In this document: positions 18,631-29,198 of the stretch, in pieces
How the letters are laid out: the number at the start of each line of letters is the position of its first letter
Position numbering within the stretch: the first letter of the stretch is position 1
DNA from: Obrimoposthia wandeli
Taxonomy: Eukaryota
Length of the DNA: 64,000 bases
Assembly: GCA_977020255.1 (NCBI GenBank)
Contig: CDROCS010000253.1
Coordinates: 4,030,001-4,094,000 of the forward strand
Reading direction: 5' to 3'
The notes under the pieces: generated by a model
The model's database searches: none
What the model was told of the DNA's origin: nothing
The model's input: the letters and a program-made list of their open reading frames with translations, nothing else
Position numbers and translations under genes: made by a program

Positions 18631-18708
18631 CTAAACCCTGTAGTCTTTGATCGAAGATCCATCACTTTTGGGAAGCTGAATCACCGATTAATACACAACG
18701 GGGATGAC
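18631..18708 (-). repeat. Degenerate CGTCAT/ATGACG REP-like doublet
   Basis: Minus strand CGTCATCCCGTTGTGTATTAATCGGTGATTC ... ATGGATCTTCGATCAAAGAC; arms match 30874 and 54973/60464. Confidence 0.6.
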
Positions 18709-18789
18709 GTCTCTGAGCTATGTGCATAAGTGCATAAACTAATGCACTTAAGCTAACATATTTAAGCTAATGTACTTAACTAGGGGAAG

Positions 18790-19158
18790 TTAAGTTAGTG
18801 GCGTTAAAGCAACAGAATTGAACTCAACCTTGCTCCAACCGTTTTGCATAAAGTTACGAATATTACCGTGGTCTGTTCCTTGTGGATTATTTACCACATC
18901 ATCACGATAAAAACGACCAAAACAAGCCAACGTCTGTTGCTCTGTTAACTTATTAAGCTTGGCAAAATAAAATATCTTGCAAGAGCCTTCATTGGTACCG
19001 GCTTCACTAACTAAATCACCGTTACTGAACGTTGCAGCGAGGTAATTATAGTTTTCACTAATAACTTGCATCACTTGCTCAAAACTTACCTTGTCAGCAT
19101 CTGAATCTAGCTGACGAATAAAATCAGCTAAGGTAATGTTTACTGCTTGATTACTCAT
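18790..19158 (-). CDS. HopJ-family protein
   Basis: F.NG.L.SEAGTNEGSCKIFYFAKL..L...QTL.CFG.FYR.DV...P.G.DHGNIRNFM..GW. Confidence 0.85.
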   Translation of the reverse strand: MSNQAVNITLADFIRQLDSDADKVSFEQVMQVISENYNYLAATFSNGDLVSEAGTNEGSCKIFYFAKLNKLTEQQTLACFGRFYRDDVVNNPQGTDHGNIRNFMQNGWSKVEFNSVALTPLT

Positions 19159-19418
19159 TAAACATCACCTGCTTTTAATCTAGCTTTTGCTTCCTCTACT
19201 TTAGAGAAATCTAAACCGAGTTCATTAACAGCTTGCTCAATAAGACTAGGGTCTGCCATTACTAAGCTCATAATAGCTTGTAGCTTTTCTGGTGGAATGC
19301 CAAGCTGTGTAATAAATGCCATTGCCATCATAGGGTTTTCAGTGAGTGCTTGAAACATCTCACTAATTTTTTCATCACTGATATTTAGTTCTTTTAAAAT
19401 TTGTATGATCGGGTTCAT
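19158..19418 (-). CDS. DUF2999-type small helical protein
   Basis: MNPIIQILKE...MFQALTENPMMAMA.I.QLGIPPEKLQ; start placed at MNPII. Confidence 0.7.
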   Translation of the reverse strand: MNPIIQILKELNISDEKISEMFQALTENPMMAMAFITQLGIPPEKLQAIMSLVMADPSLIEQAVNELGLDFSKVEEAKARLKAGDV

Positions 19419-19663
19419 TAATTTTCTCAATTTAATAGTGGGTTTAGCGCTAGTAATAAGTAGGCTGCGTTATGCTGATTATAATATCAAATTCTAAAGA
19501 ACTTTACAGAAGGCAGCTTGTTAAAAAATCAAATAGTTAATTAACTAACCTCATTATCTACACTATTGGAAAAGAAAAAGTATAATAGCGGTGAATTGAC
19601 GCTGACTAAATGCTCATATAACGCTAACGCACCTAATTATCTATCTATTATCTATCACGACTT

Positions 19664-20203
19664 ATGCCATCAAAATTTAAAATGACAAAATCGCAGTCCC
19701 CTAAATTAAAGTATTTGTCTGCTTACTCAGCACAAATACAAATGCAAGTTCAGCAAATGATTGAACAAAATAATTTAGCGCAATATTTATTAAAAAAATA
19801 CCCAACGGTACATGAGGTCAGTAACGACAAAGCCTTACGTGGTTATGTTATGTCATTAAAGAATCAATACTTGAAAAAGTCAGCACCTTTAAGTCAGATA
19901 AAGTATGACGATAAAATTCATATCATCAATAATGCTTTAGGCCTGCACACATACATATCTCGCGTACAAGGTAATAAACTAAAAAGTAAAAATGAGATTC
20001 GCATTGGTAGCCTTTTTAAGAAAGCGCCTGAAGACTTCTTAGCCATGATAGTAGTTCATGAGTTGGCACACCTAAAAGAGAAGGAGCATAACAAAGCCTT
20101 TTATAAGCTATGCCAAAGCATGTTGCCTGATTATCACCAATTAGAATTAGACTTACGCATTTACCTTACCCAAATAGAGTTAATTGGCGATATCTATAAC
20201 TAA
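19664..20203 (+). CDS. YgjP/DUF45-like (M48-type HExxH) hydrolase
   Basis: LKYLSAYS, NALGLHT..SRVQG.KLK.K.EIRI, VHELAHLKEKEHNKAFY. Confidence 0.8.
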   Translation: MPSKFKMTKSQSPKLKYLSAYSAQIQMQVQQMIEQNNLAQYLLKKYPTVHEVSNDKALRGYVMSLKNQYLKKSAPLSQIKYDDKIHIINNALGLHTYISRVQGNKLKSKNEIRIGSLFKKAPEDFLAMIVVHELAHLKEKEHNKAFYKLCQSMLPDYHQLELDLRIYLTQIELIGDIYN

Positions 20204-20305
20204 ATTCTGAATATCTTAACTACTAAAAAACACCTTCACCACTTGTTTGATAAGGTAACTTTATATAAATTATCAAGCTACAACCAAAAAGAATAAAATA
20301 CCAAG

Positions 20306-20476
20306 ATGTCTGAAACTAAAATTAAATTTGAACTCGAAAAACAAAATAAGAATAGTGTCCGCTATAAAGAAATCCCTAAAGACGGCATGCCACCAATTTT
20401 AGGCTCTATCTATGTACAGAAGTGGTATGCAGGTAATAGTAAATATCTAGAAGTGACTGTTAATAAGGTCGATTAG
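20306..20476 (+). CDS. Small hypothetical protein, 56 aa (not in ORF track)
   Basis: MSETKIKFELEKQNKNSVRYKEIPKDGMPPILGSIYVQKWYAGNSKYLEVTVNKVD; followed by a terminator; weak SD. Confidence 0.55.
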   Translation: MSETKIKFELEKQNKNSVRYKEIPKDGMPPILGSIYVQKWYAGNSKYLEVTVNKVD

Positions 20477-20511
20477 CGCATTGTGCTTTAAACGGCTATA
20501 GCATTTAAAGC

Positions 20512-20553
20512 AAAAAACCAGAATACCTTATTAAGGTGATTCTGGTTTTTTTT
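20512..20553. terminator. Bidirectional terminator between two convergent small ORFs
   Basis: AAAAAACCAGAAT-ACCTTA-T-TAAGGT-GATTCTGGTTTTTTT. Confidence 0.75.
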
Positions 20554-20594
20554 GATTAACCGCTAGTAAAACTAACGGTTACGATTTCTGCTTG

Positions 20595-20762
20595 TTACGC
20601 TTGATATAACATAGCTAGAAAATCTTTAGACTCATTCAATTGGCTAAATTTAAACAATTTTGAACCTGCTTGATCTTTAACAACAACATTTAATTTGTTG
20701 ATTGAAATAGACTTTACTGGTGCTTCAATAGCGTAAATCTTACCTTGATAAGTATAAGACAT
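20595..20762 (-). CDS. Small hypothetical protein, 55 aa (not in ORF track)
   Basis: MSYTYQGKIYAIEAPVKSISINKLNVVVKDQAGSKLFKFSQLNESKDFLAMLYQA with SD AAAGGAG 7 nt upstream. Confidence 0.7.
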   Translation of the reverse strand: MSYTYQGKIYAIEAPVKSISINKLNVVVKDQAGSKLFKFSQLNESKDFLAMLYQA

Positions 20763-21127
20763 AATATAACTCCTTTAATTGCGTAAAAACGCAATATTAA
20801 AAAGCCCATAACTGCATATACATAATTGATAATAATACGATGAACTAACCGAAAATGACTCGGGATCTCATGCAGCAAAAAGCTTTAATTTAATAACTTT
20901 TTATTAAGGTGTTGGCTGACTGTGAAAGGGAAAGACAAAACACGAAAAAATCACTGGGGATTAACATCAATTAGATGAGGAAGGCTAATTGATGTTGTGC
21001 AATATACTGGGCTTTGTTGAAAAAGTAAACATTTATTTTAATAGTTACTAAAATATAATGAAAAAAGAGTGAATTATTAGTTATTATTTCACTAAATATC
21101 AATATTAACCTTAGCAACTCCCCTCAA

Positions 21128-22051
21128 TTAGCTCAGGCACTTAATCGATAAAATATCACAATCAACCTTGTCGAGTATCTTTTCAATGGTATTACCAATG
21201 AATTTACCATTATTACCCATGCCCATTACGAGTAAATCTACTTTGTGCACTTTCACCAACTCGGGTAATTCATATTCTGCTGAGCCCATAGCGAGGTGAG
21301 TCAACTTTTCATCAAAAGTAAAATGACTAAGTAGCTCATCAAATATAATTTTGTGATGCTGCTTTATCGCATCACTGTAATCATTAAAGTCACCATCAGC
21401 TAAACTGTGATCCATACCCACTGCGCTCATACCTTGCCATAGTTCTATGCCCATAGGCTGATAACAATGACAAACATGGGCTTCGCTATCAAATAGTTCA
21501 GCCATTACCAACCCCGCTTGGAGAATCTTGGTATCTAATTTTTCGGCTTTATCGTGTGTTTTTTCAGGATCAACCGCAGCCATAATACAACGATATGAAT
21601 ATTCACTAATATTCTTAGTAAGTAACAAAGGAACCGGGCAATGCTCTAGCAATTGCCAATCACTGGGAGTGAAAAATATCTGATTAATCGTCGAATCTTG
21701 TTTGGTTGACTTAATGACCAGAGAAGCGTCAGTACTTGCCACCTTAGCTAAAACCGCGCAACTAACATCTGAATGCCAAACAACATCCATATTAACAACA
21801 ATATCAAGCGCTTTGACTTCAAGTAAATACGTTTCTAACCAGCGTAATTTCGACGCCACATATTCTTTTTGTAAGGCATCTAACTGTGCTTGATTAAAGT
21901 TCCAATGACTAACAAATTGACTATTATAAGCCACAAGAAAAAGATCTATATTTGCTGACGTTTTCTCTGCAATCTTAATTGCTTGTACTAATGCTGTTTG
22001 GTGGTCTGTGGTAGAGTCCATCACCACCAAAATATTTGTCATCTTTTTCAT
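21128..22051 (-). CDS. uspE: Tandem universal stress protein (UspE-like)
   Basis: Two Usp domains; FFTPSDWQLLEHCPVPLLL, IMAAVDP, GNTIEKILDKVDCDILSIK. Confidence 0.8.
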   Translation of the reverse strand: MKKMTNILVVMDSTTDHQTALVQAIKIAEKTSANIDLFLVAYNSQFVSHWNFNQAQLDALQKEYVASKLRWLETYLLEVKALDIVVNMDVVWHSDVSCAVLAKVASTDASLVIKSTKQDSTINQIFFTPSDWQLLEHCPVPLLLTKNISEYSYRCIMAAVDPEKTHDKAEKLDTKILQAGLVMAELFDSEAHVCHCYQPMGIELWQGMSAVGMDHSLADGDFNDYSDAIKQHHKIIFDELLSHFTFDEKLTHLAMGSAEYELPELVKVHKVDLLVMGMGNNGKFIGNTIEKILDKVDCDILSIKCLS

Positions 22052-22297
22052 AATATTCCCTTAATTATTAACTATCTAAAGTGCAACCTCTTCTAACAGA
22101 ACCTTTACTAATTTAGAAAGTAATATTAATAACTTCTCTTACTTTAAAATTAGTTGAAAGGACAACTTATAGCAACGTATATACATTAAGTTCGCACACA
22201 AGTTGATCTAAGTAATATATCACTTATCGGTAGTGTTACGCCTAGCCCTTTCAATGAAAAATGGCGCGATTCTTGAGAATAACTGACCACTAAACTC

Positions 22298-23470
22298 TTA
22301 CAATAATGCCTTTATACCTTGAGTTAAACCTTCAAGCGTTAGAGGATACATTTTATTCCCCACAATGTTTTTCATAACATCGATTGAACCATAATAAGAC
22401 CAATATCTTTCTTCCTGTGGGTTTAACCAAATGCTCTTATCAAAATGTGTCAATAACCTTTTCATCCACACACTGCCCGCTTCTTCATTCCAATGTTCTA
22501 CACTACCGCCAGGATGAGTAATTTCATAAGGTCCCATAGTGGCATCCCCGATAAAAATCACTTTATAGTCACTACCATAGGTATGAATGACTTTATGTAT
22601 GTCAACGGGTTCGCTAGTTCTACGATTATTGTCTCGCCATACATGTTCATAAACACAATTATGGAAATAAAAGAATTCTAAATGTTTAAATTCAGTGTGC
22701 ACCGCTGAAAAAAGTTGTTCGCATATCTTAATATGATCATCCATTGAGCCGCCAACATCAAAAAACATCAATAATTTAATGGCGTTATGGCGGACAGGTT
22801 TCATCTTAATATCAAGATAACCGGCATTACGGGCAGTAGCCGATATCGTCTCATCAAGTGCCAATTCATCACTGGCACCGCTGCGCGCAAACTTTCGCAG
22901 CTTTCTAAGGGCAACCTTAATATTTCGAGTGCCAATTTCAACATTATCATCTAAATTACGATATTGGCGCTTGTCCCATACTTTCACGGCTTGACGATGA
23001 CGAGAGTTTTCTTGACCTATTCTTACCCCTTCAGGGTTGTAACCATTCGCGCCAAAGGGTGATGTTCCCCCCGTACCTATCCATTTATTACCACCCTCAT
23101 GACGCTTTTCCTGCTCTTTTAACCGTTCAGCTAAGGTTTCCATTAACTTATCTAAACCGCCCAGAGCGGATATTTTTTCCTTTTCTTCATCGGAAAGCAT
23201 TTTTTCAAAATGTTTCTTTAACCAATCTTCAGGTATTGCTGACAAGTCAAGTTCAATGGTTGAAACGCCTTTAAAATAATCAGCAAAAGCGCGATCAAAT
23301 TTATCAAAATAACTTTCGTCTTTTACTAACACCGCGCGGCTAACGATATAAAAATCATCAATATCAGCAAAAACAACGTGCTGCTCTAATACCCGAATTA
23401 AGTCTAATAATTCTCGTATCGTACAAGGCACCTTGTAGTCACGTAATTTGCAAAAAAAATCAATTAACAT
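22298..23470 (-). CDS. VWA-domain protein (CoxE-like partner of MoxR)
   Basis: MIDAS-like FFDVGGSMD, GDATMGPYEI, WIGTGGTSPFG; downstream of the AAA gene. Confidence 0.85.
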   Translation of the reverse strand: MLIDFFCKLRDYKVPCTIRELLDLIRVLEQHVVFADIDDFYIVSRAVLVKDESYFDKFDRAFADYFKGVSTIELDLSAIPEDWLKKHFEKMLSDEEKEKISALGGLDKLMETLAERLKEQEKRHEGGNKWIGTGGTSPFGANGYNPEGVRIGQENSRHRQAVKVWDKRQYRNLDDNVEIGTRNIKVALRKLRKFARSGASDELALDETISATARNAGYLDIKMKPVRHNAIKLLMFFDVGGSMDDHIKICEQLFSAVHTEFKHLEFFYFHNCVYEHVWRDNNRRTSEPVDIHKVIHTYGSDYKVIFIGDATMGPYEITHPGGSVEHWNEEAGSVWMKRLLTHFDKSIWLNPQEERYWSYYGSIDVMKNIVGNKMYPLTLEGLTQGIKALL

Positions 23471-23497
23471 ATGCTTTTTGACCTCTGGTGATTTTAT

Positions 23498-24355
23498 TTA
23501 TCGAGTAGAACGGTGCATAAAAGCGAGCTTTTCGAATAAATGTACATCTTGCTCATTTTTCAATAAAGCGCCGTGTAAAGGCGGGATCAGTTTTTTAGTA
23601 CGTGTTTCGTGTAACACGTCAATATCGATGTCTTCCGCTAAAAGTAGTTTTAACCAATCGATTAGTTCAGAGGTAGAGGGCTTCTTTTTAAGGCCAGGGA
23701 TTTCGCGAAGACCAAAGAATAATCCTAACGCTTCATCAAGCAGTTTTTGTTTGATATTAGGAAAATGTACATCAACAATCGCTTTCATCTCTTCTGCTTC
23801 AGGAAAACTAATGTAATGAAAGAAACAACGACGCAAAAACGCATCAGGTAGCTCTTTCTCATTATTTGAAGTGATGATAATGATGGGTCTTTGCTTAGCA
23901 ACTATTTTCTCTTGAGTTTCATAAACAAAGAATTCCATTTTATCCAATTCTAATAAAAGGTCATTCGGAAATTCAATATCGGCCTTATCAATTTCATCAA
24001 TTAATAACACGGGCCTTTGATCCGCTGTAAAAGCATGCCACAACTTTCCTTTTACAATATAGTTACTAATATCATGTACTTTTTCATCGCCTAACTGACT
24101 ATCTCTAAGACGTGAAACGGCATCATATTCGTATAAGCCTTGTTGGGCTTTAGTCGTTGATTTAATATGCCACGGAATTAACTCTGTTCCTAAACTCAAT
24201 GCTAACTCTTCGGCAAGCATAGTTTTGCCCGTGCCCGGCTCCCCTTTAATAAGCAAAGGTCGTTCGAGTGTTATTGCGGCATTTACTGCAAGTTGCAGTG
24301 CTTTAGAGGCAATATAGTTACCCGTGCCATTAAATGATTTCATGTTTTTCTCCAC
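23498..24355 (-). CDS. MoxR-family AAA+ ATPase
   Basis: LLIKGEPGTGKT, LLIDEIDKADIEFPNDLL, ITSNNEKELPDAFLRRC. Confidence 0.9.
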   Translation of the reverse strand: MEKNMKSFNGTGNYIASKALQLAVNAAITLERPLLIKGEPGTGKTMLAEELALSLGTELIPWHIKSTTKAQQGLYEYDAVSRLRDSQLGDEKVHDISNYIVKGKLWHAFTADQRPVLLIDEIDKADIEFPNDLLLELDKMEFFVYETQEKIVAKQRPIIIITSNNEKELPDAFLRRCFFHYISFPEAEEMKAIVDVHFPNIKQKLLDEALGLFFGLREIPGLKKKPSTSELIDWLKLLLAEDIDIDVLHETRTKKLIPPLHGALLKNEQDVHLFEKLAFMHRSTR

Positions 24356-24699
24356 TTATTGTTTACAATTCGTGCTCAAGATGTTGATTATAAGTGCCAT
24401 TTTGTTATATAACATAGAAAGAATGGCACGTCTCTTTTCATAAGAGGCTAACTTTAACCTGTTAATGAAAATATGCCACAGGATTTCACTAATAGTTAAA
24501 ATAACGGGTATATATGAATACTCTTCCTTATTACCTGCATTGTGCCCATAAGAAGTTCCCTGCAGTAGATCAATAAACCGGTAACTAGTGGTTATATTTA
24601 TAATTTAAGCGCTATACAATCGCACCAGAGTAGCACTTGCTTAGGATGAGCTGTGTTTAATAAAAGGAATTATTTATTGTTATAATAGGAACGGTCAAT

Positions 24700-26307
24700 A
24701 TGTTAACAAATTTGTCGCTGGCTAAAAAAATTCACTTAGCACTCACCTTAATCGGTGCCATATTTTTAAGTACCACAGTTTTCTTTTTTCATCATGATGA
24801 AAAGGAGCTTGCCGAGCACTTTGTTGAACGAAATCTTGAAAGCCTTGCACTTAATTATTTTGACTCAGTCAATACTATGATGCTCACAGGCACTATTGCT
24901 AATCGACAACTTATTCAAAATAAAATCCTCAGCCAAGACGATATTGTCGAAGCAAGAATATTACGTTCTCAAGCGGTGAATAAAATATTTGGTGAAGGCT
25001 TCTCTGATCAGAGTGCACAAAGTGCATTTGAACGAGAAGGTCTTGCTGGGAAAAGAGCATTTGAAAAATTTGAGCTTGATGGTAAACGTATGATGAGCTT
25101 TATTATACCTGTCAGAGCGAGTGAAGATTATCGCGGCACCAACTGTTTGACTTGCCATCAAGTCAGTGAAAATGAAATATTGGGTGCGGTAAAACTTACC
25201 TATGACTTATCAACAGTAGATAAAGAAATCACAAACTCCATTACCCAAGCTGCCATTTTACAGTTCATCATTACCTTAATTTGCTTTACCTTATTAAGCC
25301 TTACGTTAAGAAAGCTAATTTTCTTCCGATTAAAGCGGTTAAGTAACTCGATTAAAAATGCTGCAGAAGAGCTCGATTTAAATAAAGAAATCAAAGTGCA
25401 TTATCAAGATGAACTCGGTTCGGTAAGCGTTGCATTAAATGAAATGATGAATAAATTTAAAGTTAGCTTTATATCAATTGCTCAAGCTAGCGAACAGCTA
25501 ACTGAATCAGCTAAAGAAGTTGATAAAATATCTACGCTAACACTTGCAGCCGTATTAGAGCAAAAGAATGGTACTGACTCTGTCGCTGCCGCAATCAATG
25601 AGTTAGATACTTCTGCTAATGAAGTCCAACATAATACCAAAAGTGCGGCCGATAAATCAGTTTCAGCGAATGAAAGAACTTCACAAGGCTTAGTACTTGT
25701 TGAGCAAGCAAGAGTTGGCATCAATGAACTCAGAGATAAAGTGGTCGAAAACACCGCGATGATTACCGACTTAAGTAATAAAACCAATGAAGTTGGCAAT
25801 GTTTTAGAAGTCATTACGGCCATTGCCGAACAAACAAATTTATTGGCGCTAAATGCTGCGATAGAAGCGGCACGAGCTGGCGAACAAGGTAGAGGTTTTG
25901 CTGTTGTTGCCGATGAAGTGCGCTCATTAGCAACACGTACTCGTGAATCAATTGAGCAAATACACGCAACCATGAGTCGATTACAAGTTGGTGCAAAAGG
26001 TGCTGTTGATTCAATGAATATAGTGAGTCAACAGGCCAGTGAAAAAGCTGAAGATGTTGCGAACGTTGCCAATGTCTTAACAAATATCAGCGGTGAGATT
26101 CAAGAGTTAGACGAATTAAACTGTCAAATTTCAAATGCCGCGATGCAACAGAATTTAGCCGCTGATGAAATTAACATTAATGTCGTTAATATAAGTAATG
26201 TTGCTGAAAAAGCGAGTGATGATGCTATTCGTGGTAAAGAGATTAGTGAGCATTTATTATCACTTGCCTATGAATTAAATACCCAGCTAACAAAATTTAA
26301 ATTATAG
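24700..26307 (+). CDS. Methyl-accepting chemotaxis protein
   Basis: Two TM helices, periplasmic sensor with CLTCH, HAMP, signalling domain [34 protein letters not shown]. Confidence 0.95.
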   Translation: MLTNLSLAKKIHLALTLIGAIFLSTTVFFFHHDEKELAEHFVERNLESLALNYFDSVNTMMLTGTIANRQLIQNKILSQDDIVEARILRSQAVNKIFGEGFSDQSAQSAFEREGLAGKRAFEKFELDGKRMMSFIIPVRASEDYRGTNCLTCHQVSENEILGAVKLTYDLSTVDKEITNSITQAAILQFIITLICFTLLSLTLRKLIFFRLKRLSNSIKNAAEELDLNKEIKVHYQDELGSVSVALNEMMNKFKVSFISIAQASEQLTESAKEVDKISTLTLAAVLEQKNGTDSVAAAINELDTSANEVQHNTKSAADKSVSANERTSQGLVLVEQARVGINELRDKVVENTAMITDLSNKTNEVGNVLEVITAIAEQTNLLALNAAIEAARAGEQGRGFAVVADEVRSLATRTRESIEQIHATMSRLQVGAKGAVDSMNIVSQQASEKAEDVANVANVLTNISGEIQELDELNCQISNAAMQQNLAADEININVVNISNVAEKASDDAIRGKEISEHLLSLAYELNTQLTKFKL

Positions 26308-26314
26308 CGCTAGT

Positions 26315-26348
26315 GGTAGTGGTTAACACATGTTGACCACTACCTTTT
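26315..26348 (+). terminator. Terminator after the MCP gene
   Basis: GGTAGTGGTTAACA-CA-TGTTGACCACTACC-TTTT. Confidence 0.75.
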
Positions 26349-26409
26349 ATTCAAGCTAGATCTGCTACTTTCTAGTTAAATCACTTGTTACCTACCTTTA
26401 TTATTAACA

Positions 26410-27228
26410 TCAAGCTTTTACAGCTAAAGTCTCTATCAAACTAATGCGTTCACTATCAAGATTACGACGCATATTATAGGCTTTAGTCTTAATGTCATTA
26501 CCAATTAGCATATGCAAACCTAGTTCTGGCAGTGTCGACTCTCCCTTAGGTTCTTTCATGCGTGCAAAAGCCTTTTGTGCCAAATCGGTCTTGTCGTTCC
26601 AACCTTCAATCTTAAAACCAGTCGATACAATTAAATTACGAAATGGTTCTTTTGGTATCAAAAAGCTCATCGAACTGTCTTGAGCCCATGGTACTGGAAA
26701 GTAAATAGCTTTATCTTCGTGACCACACACCTCATACAATACAGCACGCGCACCAGGTTTGAGTACACGATACATTTCCTTTAACCAACCCTGCTTATCT
26801 TCGACATTCATATTCATCTGAATAGACCAAGCACCGTCAAAGGTATTGTCATCAAAGGGTAAATCAAGCGCACTGCAAGCATGAAATTTAACACGCTCTT
26901 GCATGTTAAGTAATTGTGTCAATCTTTCTGCGGCATCAATGTATTCATCACTTAAATCTATACCTGTCACATGACAACCCGTTTCATGTGACAAGCGACG
27001 TGTTGAACCACCAACACCACAGCCTAAATCAAGTATGTGCATATCGGGTGTAAAATTAGCGAGTTCAATCAGTTCTTTAGTTGCCGTATCGCCACGAATA
27101 TGAAATTCATCAACCGGCTGAAGATCATCAGGAGTGACTGAAGATAAATCTTTACCTAGATTATTGAGACCCTCAATTATTTTGTTATATAAATTGTTCG
27201 GTGAGTAATAACTGTGAATATGTTTCAT
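26410..27228 (-). CDS. Class I SAM-dependent methyltransferase (sarcosine/dimethylglycine-MTase-like)
   Basis: VDEFHIRG, ILDLGCGVGG, VTGIDLS, LPFDDNTFD; start likely MKHIHSY (27228), the ORF track gives 27282. Confidence 0.75.
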   Translation of the reverse strand: MKHIHSYYSPNNLYNKIIEGLNNLGKDLSSVTPDDLQPVDEFHIRGDTATKELIELANFTPDMHILDLGCGVGGSTRRLSHETGCHVTGIDLSDEYIDAAERLTQLLNMQERVKFHACSALDLPFDDNTFDGAWSIQMNMNVEDKQGWLKEMYRVLKPGARAVLYEVCGHEDKAIYFPVPWAQDSSMSFLIPKEPFRNLIVSTGFKIEGWNDKTDLAQKAFARMKEPKGESTLPELGLHMLIGNDIKTKAYNMRRNLDSERISLIETLAVKA

Positions 27229-27612
27229 ATAGTTAATCTTATCTCCAAAATAACACGTAAAAATCCTCTTCAAACTATACATGATAATTTCAGATAGTTA
27301 AGACAAATTAGCAACTGGTGTAAGTGTGTTACTGAGGTATATCAATAACATGACAAACTTAGTTCATTCCACAGAAATAAGAATCACTCCAGTTTTGACG
27401 TATTATTTTTTGGCACTATTTCTCGGTACTATAGAGCGACATCTTTTTAAACCAGATAATGAAAGCCTTCACCTAGAGCTAACACATACTTTTATCGGTA
27501 AATAGTGTGTGAATCACATCTTTTTAAGAGATAATGCGCCACTGAATACCCGCAACTTTATTACACCAATAACATCAACAAGACTGATGAAGTTCTAATA
27601 AACAGAGATATT

Positions 27613-28479
27613 ATGAAAACACTGACTAAATTACTCGCACTATGTGCGTTAATGCTAAGCCTCTTTGTGACTAGCAGCGCAATCTCAGCCACCTTTACTT
27701 TTACCGCCATCCCTGATGCAGACGAATCCCAACTGAGAACGCGCTTCGAAAAAGTTGCTCTTTATTTAGAAGAGCAACTTGGTGTTGAAGTAAAATATGT
27801 TCCGGTTAAATCCTATTCAGCTGCGGTAACTGCCTTTAGAAATAACCAAGTGCAACTTGCCTGGTTTGGTGGTTTATCTGGAGTACAAGCCAGACGATTA
27901 GTGCCCGGCTCGCAAGCCATTGCACAAGGTTATGAAGATCAGTTTTTTAAAAGCTACTTTATTGCCCACTACAGCACAGGCTTAGCAATGAGCGATAATT
28001 TTCCTGATATCACCGAGAAAACCTTTACCTTTGGTTCAAAAGGTTCCACCTCAGGTAGATTGATGCCGCAATATTATATAGAGCAACATTTAAAGCAAAA
28101 GCCACAACAAGCATTTAAACGCGTTGGCTTTTCTGGTGACCATAACCGCACTATTGTGCAAGTTCAATCGGGTACTTACCAAGTTGGCGCTGTGAACTAT
28201 AAAGTGTGGGAAAGTGCCCTAGCCGCGGGTAAAATTGACACCAATAAAGTGAAGGTGATTTGGAAAAGTCCTACCTACCCTGATTACCAATGGACAATAC
28301 GTTCAGATGTTGAAGCCAATTTTGGTCCAGGCTTTGCTGATAAGGTTCAAGCTGCACTGCTCAATATGGATAGCCCTGAGCTGTTAAATAGTTTTCCGCG
28401 ATCTTCCTTTGTCAAAGCTGAAAATAAAGATTTTCAGCCCGTGGAAGATGTGGCTAAAAAAATAGGACTTATCGATTAA
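27613..28479 (+). CDS. PhnD/SsuA-like ABC substrate-binding protein ('putative selenate ABC' subfamily)
   Basis: Signal peptide; FTAIPD, YSAAVTAFRNNQVQLAWFGGLSGVQAR, FGSKGSTSGRLMP. Confidence 0.8.
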   Translation: MKTLTKLLALCALMLSLFVTSSAISATFTFTAIPDADESQLRTRFEKVALYLEEQLGVEVKYVPVKSYSAAVTAFRNNQVQLAWFGGLSGVQARRLVPGSQAIAQGYEDQFFKSYFIAHYSTGLAMSDNFPDITEKTFTFGSKGSTSGRLMPQYYIEQHLKQKPQQAFKRVGFSGDHNRTIVQVQSGTYQVGAVNYKVWESALAAGKIDTNKVKVIWKSPTYPDYQWTIRSDVEANFGPGFADKVQAALLNMDSPELLNSFPRSSFVKAENKDFQPVEDVAKKIGLID

Positions 28480-29189
28480 TGATCATCATTGACAACCTAA
28501 ACCTTCATTATGATAAAAATGCCGGCTATAATACCCGTAAGAAAACCGGTAAAAAAGAGAGGTCTACTCAGGTTATTTTTGATCTGAGTCTGACCATCAA
28601 TGAAGGTGAAAAGGTTGCCATTATAGGTCCCTCTGGTGCAGGTAAATCTAGCCTGCTACACCATATTTATCAACAGTTACAAACCAGTGCTGCACTGTGC
28701 TCACAGCGACAAGGTTTGGTTGATAATTTAAGCATCTATCACAATATATTTATGGGTGCTTTAGCTCGCCATCACTGGTTATTTAACTTAGTTAATTTAA
28801 TTAGACCTTTCAAAAAAGATTTACACGATATTGCTGCACTGTGTCAGCTGTTAGAATTAGACCAACCACTGGCAAAAAAAGTGGATAAACTCTCTGGTGG
28901 GCAAAGGCAACGAGTGGCGTTAGCAAGAGCCCTTTATCAACAACAAGATACCTTTATCGGTGATGAGCCCTTTTCAGCGCTTGATCCCTTAATGAAATCA
29001 AGACTACTCGACACCGTATTAGCACGGCATAAAAGTGTCATCATGGTTGTTCATGACAGAGAGTTGGCTATTAACGATTTTGACCGTGTTATCGCATTAG
29101 ATAAAGGCCATTTGGTACTTGATAGTCAAAAGCAAAGTATCGACCAACAGCAAATCACCGCGTTATATCAAACTAGCGCAGTCGCGTAG
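28479..29189 (+). CDS. PhnC-like ABC ATP-binding protein
   Basis: GPSGAGKSS, LSGGQRQRVALARAL, GDEPFSALD. Confidence 0.85.
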   Translation: MIIIDNLNLHYDKNAGYNTRKKTGKKERSTQVIFDLSLTINEGEKVAIIGPSGAGKSSLLHHIYQQLQTSAALCSQRQGLVDNLSIYHNIFMGALARHHWLFNLVNLIRPFKKDLHDIAALCQLLELDQPLAKKVDKLSGGQRQRVALARALYQQQDTFIGDEPFSALDPLMKSRLLDTVLARHKSVIMVVHDRELAINDFDRVIALDKGHLVLDSQKQSIDQQQITALYQTSAVA

Positions 29190-29198
29190 GCCGATTTT

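Noticed and set aside
18600-18720. GC-richer structured leader upstream of the quinone oxidoreductase as a riboswitch or 6S RNA
   Set aside because: No match to riboswitch or 6S cores that I know; its arms match the dispersed CGTCAT/ATGACG repeat family instead.
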